Origin: Neocallimastix sp. 'constans'
Lineage: Eukaryota
Length of the DNA: 64,000 nucleotides
NCBI GenBank assembly: GCA_050613775.1
Contig: JBODTK010000139.1
Coordinates: 186,001-250,000 of the forward strand
Reading direction: 5' to 3'
Shown here: positions 13,501 through 22,562 of the stretch, in pieces
How positions within the stretch are numbered: the first letter of the stretch is position 1
Layout: each line of letters opens with the position of its first letter
Program-made: the position numbers and the translations under genes
The notes under the pieces: generated by a model
What the model was told of the DNA's origin: nothing
The model's input: the letters and a program-made list of their open reading frames with translations, nothing else
Database searches by the model: none

Positions 13501-14677
13501 ACAATGAAAGCTCATTAACTTTCACAGGTATCCTAACGACTATTCCTTCAGAGTATTCATCGTCTCTAGTGGCAAGCATTATTCTACCACAACTATGACC
13601 AACAACGGTATATTGGTATGGTAGAGAATTATAATATTTTTGTGACATAATATTTAAATTACTACACGTATCAATAAGTAATTTTCCAGATACACCATCA
13701 ACAGAGGCATCTACCATTGCAATATCCTCCTCTGTTATTTCTGTACTTTTACTTTTATAGTTATGATCAACATTATTAACTAATGTTGTAGTAGCAACTA
13801 CATTATTAATAGCGCCAACAACATTAGTGGTGGCTTTTACTAGTTTTAAACCTTGGGAGACTTGACTTCTTATTTTAGGCGCAGCATTCCAAAGCTGTCC
13901 AAAGGTAATATTACACTTGGTATTGCTTAAATCATCCCATACATCATATTCCTTATAATTAGAAAGCATTTTAATAATTCGATTTACCCGAGGTATTTTC
14001 ATACTATTATTATTATCATTATTATTATTATTATTAATACCATCTGTATTAATTAATTTATTTAATATATTTTTATTATTCGTTACATGATTATTATCGA
14101 TAATAGTTTCATTATTATTAATATTAATAGTATTATTATTATTAATATCATTTACGACTGGGGTTTTTCTAATAGTTCCGTTGTTACTATTATTAGGATT
14201 ACTAGTATTATTATTATTATTTTTGTCTTTTTTTCTTTCTCTAGTTTGGTTAATTTCCCTTGGAGCTTCTACATTATCAACTTTTGAAGTTATTTCCTCT
14301 TTATTAGTAATTAAGTTTACATTAGACTGACTGGATGATGCAGTTTCGAATTCTTTAGAATTAGTACTAGATTTCAAAAATCTTTCTTTATCACGTATTG
14401 CTTTTTCAATTTTCTTTTCTTTATTGATATTTGGTTGCATAATTATTGATGTTTGCAACTGTTTCTTATGAGGTATCACCTCTTCAGTTTCCAATTCTCT
14501 TTCTTTTCTTTTTCTTAATGCAGGAGTGTTTATAGGTCGTGGATTATCACGTAGGCTTTTATGAATTTTCCTTCCTTTTCCATTATCTAACTCAACATCA
14601 CTTTCATCAAGTTTTCTTTTTGCCGCACCGACAAAATATTCTCCTACCTGATCATGACTTTTGATAGTATAATCCAC
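10568..14677 (-). CDS. pol: Gypsy Pol (protease, RT, RNase H, integrase), reached by -1 frameshift from gag; frame is open upstream to about 14776
   Basis: LLIDTCS protease; WRMCVDYR, MPFGL, FIDD RT; TDAS and TDHKPL RNase H; H-x3-H..C-x2-C, DIIGP, TDNG and GPY/F-like integrase motifs; no chromodomain visible. Confidence 0.95.
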   Translation of the reverse strand: MDYTIKSHDQVGEYFVGAAKRKLDESDVELDNGKGRKIHKSLRDNPRPINTPALRKRKERELETEEVIPHKKQLQTSIIMQPNINKEKKIEKAIRDKERFLKSSTNSKEFETASSSQSNVNLITNKEEITSKVDNVEAPREINQTRERKKDKNNNNNTSNPNNSNNGTIRKTPVVNDINNNNTININNNETIIDNNHVTNNKNILNKLINTDGINNNNNNDNNNSMKIPRVNRIIKMLSNYKEYDVWDDLSNTKCNITFGQLWNAAPKIRSQVSQGLKLVKATTNVVGAINNVVATTTLVNNVDHNYKSKSTEITEEDIAMVDASVDGVSGKLLIDTCSNLNIMSQKYYNSLPYQYTVVGHSCGRIMLATRDDEYSEGIVVRIPVKVNELSLLIDFRIVEKEEPFYDMLINLKTIVDNRLFINPLNNCLCKYNMDGTISSITPINNSAIDEKYICSVNKLLEDNSKEKYAGGELKKLEGLPPMEYIHNTIFMNTLNEKYRTDIIHLLEDNIEIVATSSEELTPSLLSPHKINLKAGTKPIKQRAYRLTKLKTDILKEELTKLINKKLIEPSNSEWSSPIVLVPKPNGKWRMCVDYRKVNDSTIKDSYSIPYIDEIFDSLNGATIFTTIDLYSGYHQILMEEESIGITTFTTKFGNYQFKVMPFGLTNAPATFQREMNRILFPLIGKCVYNFIDDILIYSKTVEEHLQHIQQVLSILKENRLKLNIEKCHFMKTEVNVLGHRLTTKGLKPLDSKIEVIRDWKPPQDIHELRSFLGAVGYYRNFIDKYSQITACLCKLLRKGVKYVWTSEHQKSFEVLKEKLINAPILSFPQFDKEFIIRTDASYDGIGGVLLQKDNETGKEHPIHFISRSLTRAEKHYGITDLEGAALYYCITKLKPYIDGNPIPTIVYTDHKPLLGLFKNKEPHNARQTRWCLTASMLGVDIRYETGKKNVLADALSRMKNNKENVVLATKIINHDITNDENEALLSKVIHDFINEKFTTIDGIDYFIDGNNYRKLVTDLNERIKLILEAHNIGHDGYYKTYQRLRKSYYWNDMVNDVKRVVSKCEKCQLNRPQPYPEPTENLPTKVEGPFVHLGLDIIGPLVKTRSNNQYIIVAVDYFTKWVEAEPTENITSKDVIKFLINVFSRHGVPQVITTDNGAQFTSDMTKIFLDLYDVYIKFVTTYHPESNGLTENRNKEIGKLLRLLGTKNKDWDEVLPSALWALRTVKNSTTNHSSFELVYGREDQQPFDIAARPTKGINKSSDEILLEKFISHYRWTIEASENVKNANKYWAVRREEKQSMNQAKEIKEGDLVLVRNFSRTKLEPYFNGPLKVIKKKFNTVTLADPNSGILLNRNVHLKNIVKYNSATI

Positions 14678-14726
14678 TCTGTAGTCTTTACTTTCTGCAT
14701 CAGAAGAATTGGAAGTATATTTTAAT

Positions 14727-14776
14727 GAAGCTATTTTTTTGATGGGAGTGCTTCCTCTCCCTTCTACTGGTTTAAA
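14727..14776 (-). promoter_or_regulatory. Programmed -1 frameshift signal: U UUA AAC plus H-type pseudoknot
   Basis: Sense reads CCU UUA AAC CAG UAG AA GGGAG AG GAAGC A CUCCC AUCAAAAAAAUA GCUUC; pol is in the -1 frame. Confidence 0.85.
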
Positions 14777-15723
14777 GGTCCTTTGGAAAAAATCTGTTTC
14801 TTATTTTCTTCTATAATGGCTTGTAGTTTGGGACAATGTTGTTGATAATGTCCAGGTTCCTTACAGAAGAAACAGGTTTTGACGGTAGAGTTTCTTGGTC
14901 CACGTGTAAGGTTCTCCCTTTCACTTTCATCAGAAACTTTCCTATTGTCCCTGTTTTCATAAGTATTTCTTGGTGGTGAACTACGACTCTTATTATAATT
15001 ATTATTATTATTGTTGGAAACATTTCTATTAGGACTTGGTACACGATGTAACCTCACAGCAAGTCTATCCACTTTTTCTGCAATTTCATAAGCCTTTGAA
15101 AGTGGTATATCATCAATTAAAGTTACTCTTTTCCAGGCCTCAATATTATTCTCAAGTGCATCAGCATAGTCCAAGATACTGATTTGTTTTTTGTGAGTTT
15201 TATCTAATTTTAAATATAATGTCCGATATCTTTTATTAAAATCCCTTACTTTTTCATTTCTACCAATTTTAAGAGCACGCAATTCCCTTAATAAGGTATT
15301 CTGATCTTCCTTTGCCCCATAGAATACTTCAAGAGCGTTGACGATCTCGACAAAAGAAGGATAACGGTTAGTTCTAACACTATCATTACTAGAACTACTT
15401 GAACTAGTAGAGCTACTGGTGCTAGATCCTGACATCTCACCAGTATCAGTGGAACCATTCAATTCTACATCTTCTTCTGCTGTAGTAGCAGGTAGTTCTA
15501 ATTCTTGGATAATTTGTCTTGGTTCACCAGTAGACGTTAATAGGCAAGCAACAAAAATAGTTTTTGGATCAGTGATATTTTGTAATTGGATCCATAACTC
15601 AATTTCAGAAGCCCAAGATTTTATATCCAAATGGTCCTTGTTTAATTTATCAACATATTTTAGTTCCTTTTTAAGATCTTTAAATGAAGGAACATTAGTA
15701 GTATCATTAGTAACTGAAGCCAT
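14764..15723 (-). CDS. gag: Gypsy Gag
   Basis: First ATG (MASVTND) at 15723; zinc knuckle CFFCKEPGHYQQHC; directly upstream of pol. Confidence 0.92.
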   Translation of the reverse strand: MASVTNDTTNVPSFKDLKKELKYVDKLNKDHLDIKSWASEIELWIQLQNITDPKTIFVACLLTSTGEPRQIIQELELPATTAEEDVELNGSTDTGEMSGSSTSSSTSSSSSSNDSVRTNRYPSFVEIVNALEVFYGAKEDQNTLLRELRALKIGRNEKVRDFNKRYRTLYLKLDKTHKKQISILDYADALENNIEAWKRVTLIDDIPLSKAYEIAEKVDRLAVRLHRVPSPNRNVSNNNNNNYNKSRSSPPRNTYENRDNRKVSDESERENLTRGPRNSTVKTCFFCKEPGHYQQHCPKLQAIIEENKKQIFSKGPLNQ

Positions 15724-15781
15724 ATTTCTTGAGTAGAAATTATACAGTAATATAGGTAAAATATTCAAAATAAAAATAATA

Positions 15782-15838
<57 letters not shown>

Positions 15839-16112
15839 TTGTGTGTGTGAGTATGTTATAGATATATATAATATAGTATTAGAATTTATAAGTTTACAAA
15901 CACTTCAGAGATTAGAAAAAAAAAATAGGTAAGTTTACAAACACTTCAGAGATAAAAAAAAAATAAGTAAAATTTTTTTTTTTTTTTTTTTGTTTTTTTT
16001 TTTTGTTTTTTTTTTTTTGTTTTTTTTTTTTGTTTTGTTTTATTTTGATATCCAAGATTAAAATATTTTATAATTATTGTTTATTAAATTATATCTTTAT
16101 AGTTATTTATAT

Positions 16113-16322
16113 GAGGTTCGAAATACACTTCGACCACCTACAAGAAATATATTTTTAGGTTCGAATAACACTCGACCACCTAAGAAAATTTTATATTATT
16201 GGTTCGAATACCTTTCGATCACCAATAGAAGATATAATTATATTAAGGTTATAAGCTCGAATGACACTTCGACCACTTATAATGATAATTATTTGGTTCA
16301 AGATACACCTCGACAACCAAAT
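16113..16322 (-). promoter_or_regulatory. Array of five bulged hairpins in the Gypsy-1 leader
   Basis: Each unit: outer stem, 2-nt bulge, UCGA..UCGA inner stem. Confidence 0.7.
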
Positions 16323-17307
16323 CAAACAGGTAGTAAAAAAAATATAGTAGTCCTTCTTCTTTGGCTCAATTTCACTTAACCACAGAGTAAGAACAGTAAA
16401 CAAAAATTTTTTTTTTTTTTTTTTTTTTTGGAATTCAGTACACTAGAATTTCTTATATGTAGCACGGAATAAATTAATTGCTAAATTAAAAAAAATTAAT
16501 ATGGAAAATTTATAAATATTTCTTATATATATATTATTAGCTTTATATTATTTTCGGATCCGCAGATTCTTTACAGGGCCGTTCGACCTCCACTATTGAA
16601 CCGTCAGAATAGTGAATATAACAGAGTAGTGTGTGCCTGTACGAACACGGGACCTTACCACTTTTTCTATTCTGTTATCACTTGTATCACTAAACCTTAT
16701 TCAATAATGCTCTACTACCTCCCTATGTGTAAAGCAATCCTTCTCCTATTCTCTAATATAAACGTCTAATTTTTATATCTATATATATCAACAGTCTTGG
16801 TATCAATATATAGATACTATATATATGTATATATTTATAAATTTGAATTTATAATTTCAATTATAATATAATTTAGTCGATAATATAAATACGAATTACT
16901 ATATACACTTAATTGTAACAAAGCCTTAAGCTAAGGAGTTTTTCATCCAACAGCCGCCGATTACAATAAGTTATAAATTGTATAAAAGTATTCTTATATT
17001 AATGAATAAATGTATAATATAATTAAATTATTATTCTTACTAATTAGTACTTGACAGGAATAAATATTTCAAAGTTTTATATCACACTGTTTCTCTTGCA
17101 CAAACAGAAATATAACAACTTTGTTGAATGAAATTATTTATCCAACTAATATAGTAAGGACGTAGGTGCTACTTTAAATTATTAATATTTATTTATGTAT
17201 ATATTATATTTCTATATTATTGTAAAAAAAATTTTTTTTTTTTTTTTTTTTTATTTAATTAAATAAAATTATTGTGTATGTTTTAATATTAGTTTTTAAT
17301 TTTGAAA

Positions 17308-17325
17308 TCCCCGATATCTCCACCA
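17308..17325 (-). promoter_or_regulatory. Primer-binding site, tRNA-Ala-like
   Basis: Sense TGGTGGAGATATCGGGGA, 7 nt after the 5' LTR; complement ends UCUCCACCA as in tRNA-Ala. Confidence 0.85.
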
Positions 17326-17332
17326 AACTTTA

Positions 17333-18387
17333 TGTTATGGTTCGAGGAATTCAAAAAAAAAAAAAATTATATAATATTAAAACACAAAAAAAAATTTTAT
17401 TCTTTCACAATAATTTTTATTTATTTATTATATTTTTATTTTAATTTTTATTTTATTTTTATTATTATTTTTATTTATTTATTTTATTTTTATTTTATTT
17501 TTATTATTATTTTTATTTATTTATTTTATTTTTATTTTATTTTTATTATTATTTTTATTTATTTATTTTATTTTTTTTTTTTTATTTATTTATTTTTATT
17601 ATTTCTATTTTTTTTTTTTTTTTTTTTTTTTTCTTTTTTTTTTTTTTTTCTCTCTCTCCTAAAAAGGGGTTCCAAGGTAGTCAATTTATATCTTTTTGAA
17701 GATATAAAAGTAGCAAAGCCTCTGGAAGTAGTTGAAGAGATGGAAAAACAATAGATTTTTAAATCTTATTGATTATTTCCTTATTGTATTAAATAGAAAT
17801 TTTATTATTTCCTAATATTCAAATTAACCAAAATAAATCTATAATATAAAAGATGCATTATAGATAAGAATTAAACAAAAAAAAGAGAAGCAGTATTACA
17901 ATAAAATTGAATACTTTAACTTAATTTTGATACTAATTTAATATGTAATCTTATATATTAATTTGAATGACATAATAGAAAATAAAATACATTTATTAAT
18001 ATATGAAAAATCTTTTACAATTTTAAATACAGAAAATTTTATTTTATTTATTTCTTTCATTTCAATTATTTCTTAATTCGAAAGACAGAAATATTGATAA
18101 AGTTATTTAAGTTGTTTATATACAGGAATTATTCCTTATTTAGAAAAATAATACTAAAAGTAATTAGTACTATGTTATTGCTAAACTCTCATAAATTTAA
18201 TTTACCTTTATAAGGAATGAACATAAATTTAAATTAAATTTTATGTATAAACTTAAATTTTCAGATCAAATAATATAGTAAAATTATTAATGTAAAGAAT
18301 ACATAAATTTATTAATATTTTAAAATTCACCTTGACTATATTAAAAGGTTTTTAATAAGAATCAATTTATTACTTCATTCTTTATCA
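17333..18387 (-). repeat. 5' LTR of Gypsy-1
   Basis: Direct repeat of 9490-10544, adjacent to the PBS. Confidence 0.97.
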
Positions 18388-18400
18388 ATCTTATAATTAT

Positions 18401-18955
18401 TCCAGGTTTTATCCTGGCTGTTAAGGCGTAAGCTTTGAGAGCATAAGGTTCCTGGTTCGACCCCTCCCTATGCCTATAGCGTTTTTTCCACTGGTTTTTC
18501 GTTATTAGGTGGTTAGGGTTTTCAGGTAAGTATTATACCCATTTGATACCCCCTATATCTCTAATTCAACTTTCATCGATTTACACTTCTTGCAGGCCTG
18601 AGAGGGTTGAGTGTGTATGGCAAAGTTTCTTAAGAGGAGATACCCAACATATGGTGACATATGAAAATTTAGTTATCCTTACTTATAGGTATGTTATGGA
18701 GCGGTTGTCACGTGATCCCGGAGATTGTGGCTGCAAGACCCAATTGTAAGATTATCGTACAATGACAAGCAGTAATTATACTTGGGTAAGGAGCGCCAAT
18801 GCAGAGTAACTGTAAGGCAGTCCAGCAGGGACGGGACCACCTACTAAAGTAGGAAGTTAGATAAGGGCTCTAGTTATAAACCATTGTGTGTCTACAAGAT
18901 GTACAGCTGGGGAGAAATCCTGCTACGGTCGTTAAAAAAAAAAAAAAAAAAAAAA
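18401..18955 (+). mobile_element. Poly(A)-tailed, GC-rich non-coding SINE-like element with extensive predicted structure
   Basis: A-tail at 18934-18955; imperfect TSD atcttataattat / atcttatataattat; B-box-like GGTTCGA near 18454; second copy at 43671-43928. Confidence 0.75.
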
Positions 18956-19550
18956 TCTTATATAATTATTTATTTTAATAGTTATATACTTTTTATTTAC
19001 TTATATAATTATTTATTTTAATAGTTATATACTTTTTATTTACTTATATAATTATATACTTTTTATAATTATATATTTTATTATTTATTTATATAATTAT
19101 TTCTTTTAATAATTATATATTTTTATTATTCTATTATATAATTATATATCCTTTATAATTATATATTTTATTCACTTATATAATTATTTACTTATAATAA
19201 TTATATAATTTATTAATATTTTATTCACTTATATAATTATTTACTTATAATAATTATATATTTTATTATATTTTATTCACTTATATAATTATTTACTTAT
19301 AATTATATATTTTTATTATTATCTAATATAATTATTTGGTTTAATAATTATATTTTTTATTTTATTATATAATTATATTTCATTTATAATTATATATTTT
19401 ATTCATTTATATATAATTATTTATTTTAATAATTATATAATTATATATTTTTATTATTGCTTTTTATAGTTATATACTTAGATTAATATCTTATATAATA
19501 CTTAGATTATTATCATATATAATTATTTACTTATAATAATTATCTATTTT
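18956..19550. repeat. Degenerate ttatataattatata... minisatellite continuing the tract at about 9255-9489
   Basis: The same tacttttttatttacttatataattat units lie on both sides of the Gypsy-1 plus SINE-like insertions. Confidence 0.8.
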
Positions 19551-20075
19551 AGTTTCTTAAATAAGACATTAATACTTTTATAGATATTAATACTTAATAA
19601 TACTTATTTTTAATATTTCCTTTTAGAGATAGTCAAGATATTGAAATTCCTCATGGGATTTCAGTATACGAATTTTAAGTGATAAATTTTCATAAATTTT
19701 CTCTTAGATATAATTAATTAGAATAATTTCCTTTTTTAGATAATGGACATATTTAGTATGTCCGTTTTACTTTTTAATCAAAACTTTAAATACTTTAATT
19801 TACTTTTGATCAAAATTTTAATAACTTTAAATTTATATTTTTTATCAAACTTTAAATATTTTAATATTAAATAATTTTATTAGTTAGCTAAATCTTTATT
19901 AATATTTAACTTAGTAATAATATTTAATATTTCAAATTACTTATTAATTCTTATAATAGTTATACTTAGTAAATACTTTAAATAATTTTTATATTATTAT
20001 ATTTTATTCTTGTTATTATTATATTTATCAAATACATGTAATACTTTGTAAATCTTAAATAAATAAAAGAATTTA

Positions 20076-20098
20076 AACCCTAACCCTAACCCTAACCC
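20076..20098 (+). repeat. Interstitial telomere-type tract (AACCCT)3AACCC
   Basis: Direct reading; marks an abrupt switch from AT-rich to GC-richer DNA. Confidence 0.9.
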
Positions 20099-20355
20099 CA
20101 AGTCATACCCGCCTCTACTGCTCGAACAAACGAAAGAACTGCAACAATAGCTGCACCTTTAGTGCTCTTAAGGCGTATCTTATTGATCTTTATAATCATA
20201 AGATCGTCTCTCTCAGTAAGGGAAATGATAACATACCTCTTATCCTATTCAAGAATGGGAGACAGGTCATATCTCTCCCCTTCCAAAGTCCTAATCCCAA
20301 GGACAAAACTAATGAAGACCTCTTCAAACCGGTACAAGTAAAGAAGCAACTCACG

Positions 20356-22173
20356 ATGGTGCCTAGTTTGAGAAACCATTTCTGGTGGAAATATGATTAT
20401 TGTAGACCAGAAATGAACGACAAAGAGGAGATTGATGTAAATCAAACCCTCCTCTCTGCTGAACCTACTACCTCTTCTAACGGTACTACTCTAGTCATCG
20501 CAGCACCTTCCCAAGATGCTGCGATGAAAGAAGCTAACTCTGGGGAAGAACTCGTTGGAAAGACCGTCAGTAATCCCATAATTACTGAAGAGCCTATCTT
20601 AAAGCCGGTGATTCCCTCCACAACGAAAGAAGTAGATATCTTAAGCCAAGAAAGGTTATTCAAGAAGCCAGTGACCGAAGGGACTGGTAAAAGAAAAAAT
20701 AACCCCTTGGAAGAAGATGAACGAAATCCTAGCATTGAGAGATATCTCTCAAGCTGCCAAAATTCGGCCCCTAAAGAGCTCAATCAGTTCGATTTATACG
20801 AATTTAATCGTCTTAGAACTGAGAACGCTCATTTAAAAAATTTATGTTATAATAGTAAGATTGAAATTTCCAATCTTACTGAATCAATAAGAAGCCTAGA
20901 AGAGTCTTGGAAAAAGGAGAAAGTTAAACTTTCATCCCAAATTTTCAAGGCTCAGAACAACTCAGTAGCACTTAGTACGGTGTTACAAAATAAGTCTGAA
21001 GCCTCCCCCTCTCGACTTTCTCTTGAAATATTATAGAAAAAGGAGAGGATCAAAAAAATGATAGAAGAAAAAAAGGGAAAATGTAAGGATATTACAGATT
21101 CCCTTGAGAAGAATGCCGACCATCTTCCTCCACAGCTTCAACGAATAAGAAGTCAGGAAGATGGCCTCCCCTTAATTCAGGAAAGTATCCTGAGCCTCAT
21201 TACGAGGCAACCTAAGATCATCCGAAAGGATGATCTTGATTTAGTATATATTAAAGGCATTCAAAGGCAACCCATCTGGGTTATCAAAAAATGCCTTAGT
21301 AATCTTGGAATACGACATTTCTATATTAAAAATGTCTCGTTCATTGGTAAAGACATTTGCGAACTTACAGTTCTCAAAAGATCCAAACCAATGATTATTA
21401 ACATCCTTAAAGTTTTTGAAAACTCATTCAAAGTTCTCGAAAACTTTAACCCTGTTGCTGTTGACAATGCCTCTACAGCTAATGATGAAGATATTCTTAG
21501 AGTAGAAAAAGCATGCTACCGAAGAATATCTGAAACTATTAATAGAAAAAGAAGTCCTGATTATATTAAGGACTTCTTTTCTAATGTTATCCAGAATATT
21601 AAATTTACCAAATTTAATATTCCTACGCCTACGCCTACTGCTGTTCCTGATGAAGCTTCTCTTAATGTAGAAACCTCTACCTCAGGTAATAACTTCGATG
21701 CTCCTTCTTCGGTTTGTGCCCACGATAATGCTCCAGCTACCATCAATGATGCTCCAGCTAACTCGCCCGGCTCGACCTCGGAAGTAGCTAATGCTGCCCT
21801 CCGCTCTAGTAAAGAAGCCATCTCTGCCTTTGCCCTTGCGCTAAAGGAAAGGGTTGTTAGCCCATCAAAGGGCTTTGCTGCTTTTAAGGCTGCTAATCCA
21901 AGTGGCCCTCTTGAATCCCCAGAGTTCAAAGGTACGTCCGAACTCTTTGAGGATGACAGCCTAAACACGGAGGATGATAATGATTCAATTATCTCCTCAA
22001 CGTTAACTCCCACAGTGCCAATTGAGCACTACCATGAAGCCGGGATGGATATGTATAGTGACACTATAATATCCAATTCCCCTAACATTCTCAATACAAC
22101 TATTAATCCATTAAATCCTATGGATTATAGTTCTGAGAATATTATTGAATCTATGAAATATATCAATGAATAA
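20356..22173 (+). pseudogene. Probable ORF1 (gag-like) of a non-LTR retrotransposon, one frame interrupted by TAG at 21034-21036
   Basis: ORFs 20356-21036 and 21058-22173 are in the same frame; coiled-coil-like segment, then LVYIKGIQRQPIWVIKKCL..IKNVSFIGKDICEL, resembling (from memory) ORF1 of early-diverging-fungus LINE-like elements; no ORF2 follows. Confidence 0.55.
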
Positions 22174-22548
22174 ATATATGTCATACGATTTCAGCTTTAA
22201 ATACATATACTTATTTACAAACAAACTAAAACTTAATTTCTTTATTAATTTTATTTTAAAATATTTTATTATCATTTAAAAACTTTATATTCTTTTAAAT
22301 AATTACAAAAATTCTTATATTAGAGTTACTTTTATTATTCATCTACTTTAAAAGAATAATTTTTCTTCCTTAAAATTTTAAACTTTATAGATATATACTT
22401 TTTTTTTATTTTATCGAACTTTTATTTTTTACTAAAAATGTATTAATTTACTTAAAATCATGTAGTCATGATTTCATATAATTTATATATACATTAATTA
22501 ATGTATTATCTAATCGAATAATTTTAATAAAAATTACAAAGTTTAAAA

Positions 22549-22562
22549 CCTAACCCTAACCC
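22549..22562 (+). repeat. Interstitial telomere-type tract CCTAACCCTAACCC
   Basis: Direct reading; abuts the truncated gag of Gypsy-2. Confidence 0.85.

Larger units (their letters stand above)
9490..18387 (-). mobile_element. Full-length Ty3/Gypsy LTR retrotransposon (Gypsy-1), 8898 bp
   Basis: Two 1055-bp TG..CA LTRs, 4-bp TSD ATCT (9486-9489 and 18388-18391), PBS, gag, and pol in PR-RT-RH-IN order. Confidence 0.97.

Noticed and set aside
11198..15736. Short plus-strand ORFs over gag/pol, and similar ones over the Copia and LINE ORFs
   Set aside because: Antisense or alternate-frame shadows of real coding regions
16113..16322. CRISPR-like or tRNA-like array (GGTTCGA units)
   Set aside because: Repeats are degenerate, spacers are short AT runs and no cloverleaf forms; better explained as leader hairpins
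18401..18480. Functional tRNA gene
   Set aside because: T stem and acceptor stem do not pair; alternative hairpins (CCAGG/CCTGG, AAGGC-GTAA-GCTTT, GCATA/TATGC) fit better
18505..18525. Telomerase RNA template (AACCCUAACC on the minus strand)
   Set aside because: Opposite to the polarity given by the A tail and not conserved in the related islands
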